Below are positions 1 through 9,402 of a DNA stretch of 64,000 nt, piece by piece. The stretch's first letter is position 1, and each line of letters starts with the position of its first letter. The DNA is from Planctomycetota bacterium (GTDB taxonomy: Bacteria; Planctomycetota; SZUA-567; H5-PLA8), in contig JBBRPR010000001.1 in NCBI GenBank assembly GCA_038227875.1, positions 128,001 through 192,000 of the forward strand, read 5' to 3'. The position numbers and the translations under genes were made by a program. The notes under the pieces were generated by a model, which saw only the letters and a program-made list of their open reading frames with translations, made no database searches and was not told where the DNA came from.

Positions 1-118
1 GATCTTCGAGCTTCACGAAGTCGGCTTCGATCAACGGCTTCTCGGCGGCGCGTGCGACACCTAAAAGTGAAAGACAAGCAACGAGAAACAGGCCACGACT
101 GTAAAGCTGCAGGTTCAT
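1..118 (-). CDS. 5' part of a secreted protein, running off the window
   Basis: Manual translation from ATG at 118: MNLQLYSRGLFLVACLSLLGVARAAEKPLIEADFVKLED. Signal-peptide-like with an ARA cleavage site; GGAG upstream. Confidence 0.6.
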   Translation of the reverse strand, partial: MNLQLYSRGLFLVACLSLLGVARAAEKPLIEADFVKLED

Positions 119-418
119 GAGCGCTCCACGAATGTTGGAATTAGTACACCATCAGCGTAGCGGTTTTTGGAATTTTCATGGGGCATTTTTCATTTTGGAG
201 ATGAAGCGGCGAGCGCGGTGAGCACTCTTTATCTCCCCGTGTGTCACCGATTGAAAAGAGATGGATTTTGAGCTTCAGTGCGGACCCTAAAATTGTCGAA
301 AAACCATGGTGAAATACCCGTGTGCTTAAGCGACTCGACGGGGCGGGTGGTCTGCCGCTTTACGGCTTCGATTCCGCGACTTTGAATTGACACAACTGAT
401 ACGAAGGAGATTCCTGTG

Positions 419-1828
419 ATGCGGCCAGATGCGTATGCGGGAAAGTGCGTGACAATTATGGGGCTGGGTCTGTTTGGCGGCGGCGTCGGAGCGGCGCGGT
501 TTTACGCCGCGCACGGCGCGAGCGTCACCGTCACCGACAAGCGCCCTGAATCCGATTTGAAGCCCTCGATCGAAGCGCTGAAGGGTCTGCCGATCCGCTA
601 CGTACTGGGCAAACATGACGTGGATGATTTCCGCCACGCCGATGTGGTGCTCGTCAATCCCGGCGTGCCGATGGACAGCCCGCTGGTTACCATGGCGCGC
701 GGCGCCGGCGCCCACATCGAACACGCAATCAATCTGCTCTTCAAATTGACGCCCAAAAATCCCAAGATCGGCATCACTGGCTCCAACGGTAAGTCGACCA
801 CCACGGCGCTGCTCGGCGAGATGGTCAAGCTGCACGACCAGCGCACGCTGATCGGCGGCAACATCGGCAAATGTCTGCTCAGCGAAGTCGCGCGTCTTCC
901 CGCCGGCGTGCCGATGGTCGTGGAACTCTCGTCGTTCATGCTCGACGGCCTGCGCGAAATGGGCGTCAGCCCGCACATTTCGATCGTGACCAACCTGTCG
1001 CCCAATCATCTCGACCGCCATGGCACGATGGAAAACTACGCCGCCGCGAAGCGGAACATCATCGCCTTTCAGACCAAGAACGATTTTGCGATCCTCAACG
1101 CCGACGACCCGCTGCTGCGCAACTGGCACACGTACACGCAGGCGCAAGTGGTCCGCTTCAGCGTGAAGAAAGAACTCGACGGCAACGCCGCGTTCCTCGA
1201 CCGCGGCAAGCTGGTGCTGCGCATGAATGGCGTCGAAGAAGTCGTTGCGCTGCGCCAGGCGCTACGCCTGCCGGGCGAACACAACGTGGCCAATGCACTG
1301 GCCGCCGCCGCCGCGGCGCTCTCGCTGGGCGTCCGGCCCTGGCAGATCGCCGAAGCGCTGGCGACCTTCACCGGCCTGCCGCATCGGCTCGAAGTCGTCG
1401 CCAAGAGTTCCCATGCCGTTACCTATTACAACGATTCCATCGCCACGACCCCCGAATCGGCGATCTGCGCGCTGGCCTCGTTCGAAGGCCCGATCACTCT
1501 GATCGCCGGTGGATATGACAAGGGTTCGCCCTTCGATGAACTGGGCATTGCCATCGCCAAGAAAGCACGCCGTCTGATTCTGCTCGGCACCACCGCGCCG
1601 AAAATTGAAGAAGCAGTCATCCGTGCCTCGCGCGAACTGATGCGCGGTCCGCAGATTCTCCGCGCCCGCGACCTGGAACACGCCGCGCAGCTCGCTGCGC
1701 AGGATGCGCTGCCGGGTGAAGCAGTGCTGCTCTCGCCGGCCTGCGCCAGCTACGACATGTTCCGGAATTTTCAGGAACGTGGCGAGCTCTTCCGCATTCT
1801 TGCGCGCCGTGCCGCAGCGACCGCGTAA
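419..1828 (+). CDS. murD: UDP-N-acetylmuramoyl-L-alanine--D-glutamate ligase
   Basis: GLGLFGGG N-terminus, NPGVP, ITGSNGKSTTT P-loop, GGNIG, ELSSF, NHLDRH, HRLE, YYNDSIAT, SPACASYDMF; AAGGAG RBS. Confidence 0.95.
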   Translation: MRPDAYAGKCVTIMGLGLFGGGVGAARFYAAHGASVTVTDKRPESDLKPSIEALKGLPIRYVLGKHDVDDFRHADVVLVNPGVPMDSPLVTMARGAGAHIEHAINLLFKLTPKNPKIGITGSNGKSTTTALLGEMVKLHDQRTLIGGNIGKCLLSEVARLPAGVPMVVELSSFMLDGLREMGVSPHISIVTNLSPNHLDRHGTMENYAAAKRNIIAFQTKNDFAILNADDPLLRNWHTYTQAQVVRFSVKKELDGNAAFLDRGKLVLRMNGVEEVVALRQALRLPGEHNVANALAAAAAALSLGVRPWQIAEALATFTGLPHRLEVVAKSSHAVTYYNDSIATTPESAICALASFEGPITLIAGGYDKGSPFDELGIAIAKKARRLILLGTTAPKIEEAVIRASRELMRGPQILRARDLEHAAQLAAQDALPGEAVLLSPACASYDMFRNFQERGELFRILARRAAATA

Positions 1829-1849
1829 AATTCGGACGTGGAGTAATTC

Positions 1850-2806
1850 ATGGCGCGAATGTTCGCTCTGCTGCTCGGCTCCTTTGCCTTGATGAATCTG
1901 CTCGGCGGGCTGTTCCGTCCGCAGTTCGACGGCAACGGCCTCTGGATCGATCTGGGTTTCCTGCCAGGAGTTTTTGCGAGCGCGCTGCTGCTGGGTTCAT
2001 CCGCGCTGCTGATTGCATTTGCCGCGGGGGAGGCGCTGCCGCTCTGGCAGCGGAATCTCTCAGCGCTGATCTTCTCCGTGCTGGCGCTGGCCACCGCGTG
2101 GAACGCGATCACGTTCTTCCGGCTGCAGCATGCCCATTTCATCGCGGCACGCATTCCCGTGCCGCTGTCGCTCATCGTTGCACTGGTCCTTGTGTTTCTG
2201 ATTGTCGCGCTCTTCAAGCCGGAATGGCGGGGCGGGGCATTGAATCTCCGGACCTGCGGCGCGGCGTTCGCGCTGGGACTGCTGCTGTTTCCGCTGGCCC
2301 AGATGTATTTTTTCGGCAAGACCGACTACCGGCGCCACGCCGACGCGATCGTCGTTTTTGGGGCGCGTGCCTATGCTGACGGCAGGCCCTCGCAGGCGCT
2401 CGCCGACCGCGTGCGCACGGCGTGTGAACTCTATCGCGAAGGCTACGCGCCGAAGCTGATTCTTTCCGGCGGCCCCGGCGATGGGGCGATTGACGAACCT
2501 GAAGCGATGCGGCGCCTGGCGCTGACGCTGGGAGTTCGCGATGCGGATTTGATTCTCGATCCCGCCGGCCTCAACACACATGCCACGGTCGCCAACACTC
2601 GCCTGCTCTTTGAAAAATGGGGCTTCCATCGCGTGCTGGCGGTCAGCCATTTTTACCATCTGCCGCGCGTGAAGCTGGCTTATCAACACGCGTCACTGAT
2701 GATTTATACGGTTCCCGCTCGCGAGACTTATACGCTGACGAAGATGCCGCTGTTGATGGCGCGTGAAGTGGCGGCGTACTGGAGCTACTTTGCGAAGGTC
2801 GCTTAA
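1850..2806 (+). CDS. Membrane protein with C-terminal DUF218 (YdcF/ElyC/SanA-like) domain
   Basis: Several N-terminal TM segments; DAIVVFGA, LADRV, LILSGG, EPEAM, VSHFYHLPR, REVAA motifs. Confidence 0.85.
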   Translation: MARMFALLLGSFALMNLLGGLFRPQFDGNGLWIDLGFLPGVFASALLLGSSALLIAFAAGEALPLWQRNLSALIFSVLALATAWNAITFFRLQHAHFIAARIPVPLSLIVALVLVFLIVALFKPEWRGGALNLRTCGAAFALGLLLFPLAQMYFFGKTDYRRHADAIVVFGARAYADGRPSQALADRVRTACELYREGYAPKLILSGGPGDGAIDEPEAMRRLALTLGVRDADLILDPAGLNTHATVANTRLLFEKWGFHRVLAVSHFYHLPRVKLAYQHASLMIYTVPARETYTLTKMPLLMAREVAAYWSYFAKVA

Positions 2807-2917
2807 ACTGAAATTTTTTTAAAATTGCAAAGTGGTTGGGAAAAATATAGCTAACCCTCGGTCAGCCATTCACGTTTTCAGAACGCCCCATCTTGTCTAG
2901 ACTTAAACACAAGCTTG

Positions 2918-2935
2918 ATTCTCAGAAATGAGAAT
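2918..2935. promoter_or_regulatory. Candidate operator, inverted repeat ATTCTCA-gaaa-TGAGAAT
   Basis: Perfect 7-4-7 inverted repeat in the AT-rich region upstream of the HTH/receiver gene. Confidence 0.4.
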
Positions 2936-3072
2936 ACTTTGACGCGACAAGGCAAATCGATACCGCCACAAGAATTATGTGAAATGGTTCCTTGCTTTGA
3001 AAATGCTGAATTCGTATAACACACCCACTTGTTCGTCTGTTCACATCATGTCAAGCACCCAGGGAACTTTCG

Positions 3073-3708
3073 ATGGAAAAGCCTGCAAAAAAACGACGTA
3101 AACGCAACAGCATGCAAATTGTGCCTGAAGTCGCGAGCAAATACGGCATCGCACTGCCGGAAGCTCAGGAACACGAACGGACACTTTCGCCCAACGAAAT
3201 CGCGCCCATTTTCGGGGTCACCGGCGAAGCGGTGAAGCACTGGATCTACCAGCGGCGCCTGCCGGCCGTGAAACAAATGAATGGATACTGGCGCGTAAAA
3301 GTGTCGGACCTGGAACGTTTCATCCAGGCGCGCAGCGAAGTCGGCAAGCAGTACGTGCTCATCGCCGCCCGCCCCGAGATTCTGGGTCCCGTCAGCGATT
3401 CGCTGAAATCTCTCTCCTACAATTCCGTGCTGGCGTCCAATCTTTCCGATGCCTTGCTCAAAGCTCAGAGCGTCCGGCCGAGTCTGTTCCTGATCGACAC
3501 CGGCTGGAGCGAAGGCTGGAAGCTCGTCCAGAAAATCCGCGCTTACAAGCCTCTGCGTAACGTTCCGATCACGCTGGTCTCGCCCAAGCCGCTGACCATG
3601 GAAGAACTCGACAGCGCCATGAAGGCGGAAGTCGCCGGTTGTCTGATCGAACCGTTCGATGCGAAAATGCTGGCGACGGAAATCAGCCGCGGACTGCAGC
3701 GGCTGTAA
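3073..3708 (+). CDS. Excisionase-like (HTH_17/MerR-type) HTH fused to an atypical receiver domain
   Basis: LSPNEIAPIFGVTGEAVKHWIYQRRLPA...GYWRV HTH; receiver-like PSLFLID, PITLVS, CLIEPF. Confidence 0.8.
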   Translation: MEKPAKKRRKRNSMQIVPEVASKYGIALPEAQEHERTLSPNEIAPIFGVTGEAVKHWIYQRRLPAVKQMNGYWRVKVSDLERFIQARSEVGKQYVLIAARPEILGPVSDSLKSLSYNSVLASNLSDALLKAQSVRPSLFLIDTGWSEGWKLVQKIRAYKPLRNVPITLVSPKPLTMEELDSAMKAEVAGCLIEPFDAKMLATEISRGLQRL

Positions 3709-3711
3709 ATT

Positions 3712-5700
3712 TCAGTCGGCCTGCTCCAGCACAATGGCCTTCATCTTTGGCGCATCGCCGCATTTGATCGTGTAGTTGTCGTTGTCTTTTGCGGCGATGT
3801 GGACGTCCTGCTTGTCCTGGCCGGCTTCCTGCCACGTGTACGTCACTTTCACGGGGCGGAAGCCACCGTGGGGCTCCGTATAATCGGCATCGGCGCGCGC
3901 GGCGAAGATCACGCAGTTGCCTTTGGAATTGGCGTGAATGCGGACCTGCGCCTTGCGCGTGCCCGCAGGGATCTCGCTGAAGCTGATGAATTTTCCATTC
4001 TGGCGGTTCGGGCCCATCGCATGGTCGACGGTCTTGAAGGTCTTGCCGTCGTCGAACGAAACCTGGTACTCAAAGCCTTCGTTCTTGTCGCCCGCGCGGT
4101 AATTGCAGCCAAAGCGCAGGCGCACCAGATCGCCCGGCGTTTCCAGCGGCATGGTTAAATCCGCGTTCGCGCCCGCCGGGACCAGCGTCTTCCACTGCTT
4201 GAAGGTGTCGGGATTGAAGCCGGTCGTCGTGACGTGAAATTCTTCGAGTGACGGCTGGCCCTTGGCTTTGAATTCCGGATGCGTGGCCTGCACCGTCACC
4301 GTTCCTTCCTGCGGACCGGCGCTGAAGGTAATCGTGTTGTCGCCCTTGCCCAGCGCCGGAAGCGGTCGCTGGGAGTGCTGGATGTCGTGCGAAATTTTCA
4401 GCGCTTTCACCGCCGTGCCCGCGCCGTTGAGCGTGAACTTCAAGCGGTAGTCGTAGTGTCGATACACCAGCGCCTTCAGGTCGATGGTCTGCGGACCGGC
4501 AGCATTGACTTTCGAGACGTCCTTCCAGTCGGTCCCGTTGTTGTCTGAGAATGCGACGCTGACATCGCCCCCCGCTGCCAGCGCGGCGTCGACGACGAGC
4601 GTGCCGCTCAAGTACACGTAACTGCAGGGCATGCGCACGACGAACGATCCGGACGCCGCCCCGTCCTTGATCTGCACCGGCTTCTCTTTGTCGGCGCTGA
4701 AGGCGATATTTTCTGAACTGAACACAGCGTCCTTGAACGTCGCATCGGCCAGCGGCGGTTCGTAAACGAGCGTCCCGTTGCCGACGCGGCCGTTGCTCAA
4801 GTCGCCCATTTTTGGCGTGTAGTAAAGAACGCCTTTGCCGGTCTCCGCTTTGAGGAGTTCTGGGTTGCCGCCGGAGCCGTCCATGTTGACGTGCAGGCCC
4901 GTGTTGCTCCAGTTGCGCGTCAGCTTCTCGCCTTTGCGGAGCTGGATGTTGACGCGGTATCCGGCGGTGTAGGTGTCCTGGTATTCAAACGGCGTTTTGT
5001 TGGTGCCGTCGAAAATCAGCATCGCGGTGTACCAGCCAAAATAGTTGAACGGGAAGTTGCCGCGATCGTCGAGCATCGGTGACGTGCGCAGCAATTCCGG
5101 GCCGGACTTGATCCCGTTCTGCTCACGCATGAATTTCTGGATCTTCGGCACGTCGCCGATGTAGCCGGGATTTTTCTCGTACCAGGCTTTGACGTTGGCG
5201 ACGAGCTCCTCCACGCCCGCGATCTTGCCGTCAGGCTTGCGGAAATACGCGATCAGCGAGGGGTCGAGGAAGTGCCACGCGTCGTCGTAGCGGATTTCCG
5301 GCGCCTGGCCCCAGCGGTTGACGGTGAACGCGCGCGCCTCGAAATTCAGCGCCCGCGCCAGCGCCATCAGCGACGTGCAGCCCGTGCCGTAGCCGTAAAC
5401 ATTGAAAAGCTTGATCGGATCGGTGACCGTCGGCGACGTCAGGCCCGAGAATTCAATCGGCTCCGGTTCGAAATGCCGGAATTTCACCACCGTGTCGAAG
5501 ATCGCCAGCGCCTTCTGTTCGTTGGTCATGCCGTCTTTGATCTCGGACTTCTGCCACGCCTCGATGCTCGACACATCTTCAACCTTATCCGAGAGCACTT
5601 TGACGTTGCTGACGATCGCCGGCGCTTCGCCCGCTTTCAGCGCGCTGCCCATGGCAAGGGTGGCGACCATCAGGAAAACGGCGGTGAGACGCATATTCAT
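3712..5700 (-). CDS. Secreted transglutaminase-like protein, paralog of 34816-36786
   Basis: Signal peptide MNMRLTAVFL after GGAG; FNVYG and EIRYDDAWHFLD; end-to-end similarity to the second copy. Confidence 0.7.
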   Translation of the reverse strand: MNMRLTAVFLMVATLAMGSALKAGEAPAIVSNVKVLSDKVEDVSSIEAWQKSEIKDGMTNEQKALAIFDTVVKFRHFEPEPIEFSGLTSPTVTDPIKLFNVYGYGTGCTSLMALARALNFEARAFTVNRWGQAPEIRYDDAWHFLDPSLIAYFRKPDGKIAGVEELVANVKAWYEKNPGYIGDVPKIQKFMREQNGIKSGPELLRTSPMLDDRGNFPFNYFGWYTAMLIFDGTNKTPFEYQDTYTAGYRVNIQLRKGEKLTRNWSNTGLHVNMDGSGGNPELLKAETGKGVLYYTPKMGDLSNGRVGNGTLVYEPPLADATFKDAVFSSENIAFSADKEKPVQIKDGAASGSFVVRMPCSYVYLSGTLVVDAALAAGGDVSVAFSDNNGTDWKDVSKVNAAGPQTIDLKALVYRHYDYRLKFTLNGAGTAVKALKISHDIQHSQRPLPALGKGDNTITFSAGPQEGTVTVQATHPEFKAKGQPSLEEFHVTTTGFNPDTFKQWKTLVPAGANADLTMPLETPGDLVRLRFGCNYRAGDKNEGFEYQVSFDDGKTFKTVDHAMGPNRQNGKFISFSEIPAGTRKAQVRIHANSKGNCVIFAARADADYTEPHGGFRPVKVTYTWQEAGQDKQDVHIAAKDNDNYTIKCGDAPKMKAIVLEQAD

Positions 5701-5909
5701 CAGGGTTCTCCAAGACGTGTACACGTGTCCACGTACACCGTTCAGCGCGGAAAGTGGCGCGAATTTATGCGCTTCCCGGACCACAAACGGAATGGTCACC
5801 ACGACTTAAAATTCCCCATTGAAATAGTGCTTACAATTTGGAAAACCTGAAGGAGAATTAAGCGAAAAGGTCTGTATGGTATCGAAAGCTCTATAAGGGA
5901 GGCCGGTCT

Positions 5910-7034
5910 GTGCGCAGCATCGCGTTTATTCTCAGTATTACCGTGTCCGCGGCGTTTTGTGCGGACAGCCAGGTCGAAACCAAACATCCCGAAAATGTGC
6001 CGCCCCCTGTCGCTGTTGCACCCGATACCACCGCGACCGCTCCCGCCACCACTTCTGAAGCAGCCGCCGATCCCGATGCCTGCAATGAAGACTTTACCGG
6101 CCGCAACGTCACCGCCGAATTCCGCGACCGCTTCGCCCACATCGATAAATTCTGCACCGAAGACCGCAAGGAAGCGCTGAAGCCGTACAACGTGCTGATC
6201 GTTCACGGGCTGCTGGGCGAAGTCGGCCTGAAGTTCACGGGCTTTCTAAACGTCTTCAGCAAAGACCAGAATTGCATCGACTACTTCAAGGACCAGCGCA
6301 AGGCGGTGGAAGAGTTCGGCATCGAGCCGCAATTTCCCGGCTTCAAGTCGGCCTCCGTCGATCGCAGTGGTTCAAAGATTGTGAAGGCGATTCTGGAATC
6401 CGACAAGCCGGTCGTGATCATCTCGCATAGCAAGGGCGGCATCGATACGCTCGACGCGCTGATCAAGTTGCAGAAGAAAGGCCAATTAAGCAAAGTCGCC
6501 GGCTGGATTTCGATCCAAGGCTGTTTCTACGGTTCACCCGACGCCGACAAACTGGAGAACTCTAAAGTCCGCAAGCAGTTTGTCCACGTCGCGCTGAAAT
6601 GCCTGGGCGCAAATTGGGATTCGCTTCACGATCTGACCACGACCGCCGCCGAAACCTACCACGCGGACCACAAGGATGAGATCGCGACTGTGCTGCAGAC
6701 GGTGCCGACGCTCTGTTTCGCGAGCTGGTCGGAGAAGAAAAGCATCACCTTTAAGACCGACGGCCCCGTGCCGCTGCGCAGCGCCGTCCTGCCCAACACC
6801 GACTACATCGCCAAGTGCGGCGTCACCCACGAAATGACGGTGATCCGCTCGTCGGACAAATACGACCGCCAGACGTTCACCAAAGCGCTGCTGACGATGC
6901 TGGTCGACAAGCTCCCCAAGTCCGGAACCCCCGCCGCGCCGGAAACGCCCGTCACGCCGGCTCCCAAAGAAGGCGGCCAGGCGCAGGAAAGCGTGCCGGA
7001 GGCTGTCCCGGTTTCCGCGACTTTTGGTGACTGA
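5910..7034 (+). CDS. Secreted alpha/beta hydrolase (lipase/esterase-like)
   Basis: Signal peptide; LIVHGL oxyanion motif, SHSKGG nucleophile elbow, TDGPV Asp and VTH His candidates. Confidence 0.8.
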   Translation: MRSIAFILSITVSAAFCADSQVETKHPENVPPPVAVAPDTTATAPATTSEAAADPDACNEDFTGRNVTAEFRDRFAHIDKFCTEDRKEALKPYNVLIVHGLLGEVGLKFTGFLNVFSKDQNCIDYFKDQRKAVEEFGIEPQFPGFKSASVDRSGSKIVKAILESDKPVVIISHSKGGIDTLDALIKLQKKGQLSKVAGWISIQGCFYGSPDADKLENSKVRKQFVHVALKCLGANWDSLHDLTTTAAETYHADHKDEIATVLQTVPTLCFASWSEKKSITFKTDGPVPLRSAVLPNTDYIAKCGVTHEMTVIRSSDKYDRQTFTKALLTMLVDKLPKSGTPAAPETPVTPAPKEGGQAQESVPEAVPVSATFGD

Positions 7035-7036
7035 GG

Positions 7037-7084
7037 AATTTGATTTTGAATTGCTGCCCCAATTAGGAATTCAAAATTAAAATT
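7037..7084. terminator. AT-rich hairpin, possible terminator
   Basis: ATTTTGAATT...AATTCAAAAT inverted repeat directly after the hydrolase stop codon. Confidence 0.4.
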
Positions 7085-7194
7085 GATCGTGACGTACGCT
7101 AATTTGCCACATGCCGTTCCGAACGCCTCCGCTATAATTCCGATTCATCTTCTGAGCTTTGCTTCCGTGAGTGGGGAGAGTGGGGGGAATACGC

Positions 7195-8232
7195 ATGCCG
7201 TTTGATGTCGTGACATTTGGTGAGGCGATGATCCGCCTGGCTCCGCAGAACGATCTGCGGCTGGAACAGGCGCGCGGTTTGGAAGTGACCGTCGGCGGCG
7301 GCGAGTTGAACGTAGCCGTCGGCGTTTCGCGGTTGGGGTTCAAGTCGGCGTGGGTCAGCCGCGTGCCGTACAACGCGCTGGGCCGCATGGTCGTCGGCAA
7401 GGCGCGTGAACAAGGCGTCGACGCCACGCACTGCGGATTCGCCAAGGAAGGACGTTGCGGAATTTATTTTCTCGAACAGGGCGCCAGTCCGCGTGCGGCC
7501 GCTGTGCTTTACGACCGCGCCGACAGTTCGATCAGCAAAATCAAACCGGGTGAAGTGGACTGGAGTGCGGCGCTGGACGGTGCGAAGTACTTCCACGTTT
7601 CCGGTATCACCCCCGCACTTTCGGCCAGCGCCGCCGAGACCACTCACGAAGCGCTGACGGCCGCAAAATCCGCCGGCTGCCTGGTCAGCTACGATCTGAA
7701 CTACCGCTCGAAACTCTGGACGCCCGCCGAAGCGCGCGCCTGCCAGGAACCGCTGATGGAGTACGTCGACCTGCTGATCACGACCGAGGAAGACACGCGC
7801 GTCGTCTTCGGCATCGAAGCGCCGAAAGGCAGTGACGAGAATTTCGAGAAAGTCGATGCGGCCGGTTACCGTAGCGTCGCGGAGCAGTTGGCGGAGAAGT
7901 TCGGCTTCAAAGGCGTGGCGATCACGCTGCGGCAGAACAAGTCGGTCTGGTTCAATGATTGGTGGGGCCTATATTACGACGCAGAAGGTAAGAAGTTTTT
8001 CGAGTCGCCGAAGTACAACGTCGAAATCGTCGACCGTGTCGGAGCTGGCGACAGCTTCGCGGCGGGACTGATTTCAGCGCTGCTGATCAAGCCCGACGAT
8101 TACGATCACGCCATCCGCTTCGCCGTCGCGACCAGCGCGCTGAAACATTCGATACCCGGCGACTTCGCGATCATCACGCGCGCGGAAGTCGAGACGTTGA
8201 TGAAGGGCGGCGGGTTGCGCATCTCGCGCTAA
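7195..8232 (+). CDS. kdgK: 2-dehydro-3-deoxygluconokinase-like PfkB sugar kinase
   Basis: VVTFGEAMIRL, GGGELNVA, FHVSGITPAL, YDLNYRSKLW, VDRVGAGDSF, LKHSIPGD. Confidence 0.85.
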   Translation: MPFDVVTFGEAMIRLAPQNDLRLEQARGLEVTVGGGELNVAVGVSRLGFKSAWVSRVPYNALGRMVVGKAREQGVDATHCGFAKEGRCGIYFLEQGASPRAAAVLYDRADSSISKIKPGEVDWSAALDGAKYFHVSGITPALSASAAETTHEALTAAKSAGCLVSYDLNYRSKLWTPAEARACQEPLMEYVDLLITTEEDTRVVFGIEAPKGSDENFEKVDAAGYRSVAEQLAEKFGFKGVAITLRQNKSVWFNDWWGLYYDAEGKKFFESPKYNVEIVDRVGAGDSFAAGLISALLIKPDDYDHAIRFAVATSALKHSIPGDFAIITRAEVETLMKGGGLRISR

Positions 8233-8239
8233 CGTGATA

Positions 8240-8276
8240 GGTCAATTTGACCCTCGGGTAAATTTACCCGAGGGTC
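8240..8276. repeat. Two chained palindromes, the second a perfect 28-mer
   Basis: GGTCAA-T-TTGACC (8240-8252) overlaps GACCCTCGGGTAAA|TTTACCCGAGGGTC (8249-8276). Confidence 0.9.
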
Positions 8277-8279
8277 CGT

Positions 8280-8398
8280 TTTGTAGTCCGGGCGTCTCGC
8301 CCGATCGGTGACGGACGGACGATTCTTGCAAGAGCCGTGACGTCGGTTTCGCAGCGCGCAATTTTCAAGAGGACCGGGCGGGACGCCCGGACTACGAA
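8280..8398. repeat. Inverted pair of GTAG-type REP sequences (REPIN-like)
   Basis: GTAGTCCGGGCGTCTCGCCCG at 8283 and the inverted copy GACCGGGCGGGACGCCCGGACTACGAA at 8372-8398. Confidence 0.8.
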
Positions 8399-8402
8399 CC
8401 GC

Positions 8403-9248
8403 ATGGAAGACAAGGAAGCGCAGGCCGAAGAGCTCGTCCGGCAGGGCATTGAGTACCAGGAGCGCCAGAGCTTCAAAGAAGCGCTGTGGAGTTTCTCGCG
8501 CGCGCTGGAAGTGATGCCGGGCTTTCCGCTGGCCTTGTTGCGGCGCGGACATCTGTTGCTTACCGCCGGCAAGACGACGGATGCGATCCACGATTTCACC
8601 GCCGCCATCGACCGCGATCCGACGGACGAACGCGGGTATTCGTACCGCGGGTTGGCGTTTCAGCGCGCCGGCGACGATGAGAACGCCGTCGCCGATTTTA
8701 CATCCGCGATCAGCCTGAAGCCCGACGCCGTGACCTACCAGTGCCGGGGCTGGAGTCTCTCGCGATTGGCGCAGCACACCAAGGCGATGGCCGACATGCA
8801 GGCGGCGATCGTCTTAAAGCCGGAGAACGTCCAGTTCTACCTCGACCGCGCCGCCGTCGCCGACGCTGCCGGCGAAAGCGAAGAAGCGATCGCCGACCTC
8901 ACGCACGCCGTGGAGATGGAACCGGAGAACATCAAGGCGTTGGAAGCGCGCGGCCTGCTTTACATGGAAGGCGCGAATTTCAACATGGCCGAGCGCGACT
9001 TCACCAAGATCACCGAACTGAATGCCAAGTACGCCGATGCCTACTACCTGCGCGGCGAAAACTTTTTCAAGCAGACGATGTACGACGACGCCGAGACCGA
9101 TTTCACGCTTGCGATCTCGCTCAAGCCCGACTTCCGCTACTTCTACGAAGCCCGCGCCCGCGCCTACGATCAGCTCCAGCAACCGCAACTCGCCGCCGCC
9201 GACCGCGCCCGCGCCGAGAAACTCCCGCACCCCGTGAACCTGGCGTAA
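8403..9248 (+). CDS. Tetratricopeptide repeat protein
   Basis: Repeated 34-aa units (RG...AIxDFTxAIxLxP). Confidence 0.9.
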   Translation: MEDKEAQAEELVRQGIEYQERQSFKEALWSFSRALEVMPGFPLALLRRGHLLLTAGKTTDAIHDFTAAIDRDPTDERGYSYRGLAFQRAGDDENAVADFTSAISLKPDAVTYQCRGWSLSRLAQHTKAMADMQAAIVLKPENVQFYLDRAAVADAAGESEEAIADLTHAVEMEPENIKALEARGLLYMEGANFNMAERDFTKITELNAKYADAYYLRGENFFKQTMYDDAETDFTLAISLKPDFRYFYEARARAYDQLQQPQLAAADRARAEKLPHPVNLA

Positions 9249-9258
9249 CGAAGATGGA

Positions 9259-9359
9259 GTGCTTAGGGACAGCTGTCCCTAAGCACCTTGTCACAAAGTT
9301 GCAACAGGGTGTTTGCTTTTGAACATCGGATAAATTTATGCCGACGTATCCGAATCCGT
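9259..9359. repeat. Chain of about five palindromes starting with a perfect 28-mer
   Basis: GTGCTTAGGGACAG|CTGTCCCTAAGCAC, then imperfect CACCTTGTCACAAAGTTGCAACAGGGTG, TGTT..AACA, TCGG-ATAAATTTAT-gCCGA and ACGTATCCGAATCCGT. Confidence 0.85.
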
Positions 9360-9402
9360 AAGCCGCTCTTTGCGACTTCGCGGCTTTGAGTGAGATAAAA
9401 AA

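Noticed and set aside
325..380. Possible tRNA (TTCGATTCC resembles a T-loop)
   Set aside because: Could not build an acceptor stem, D-arm or anticodon arm around it.
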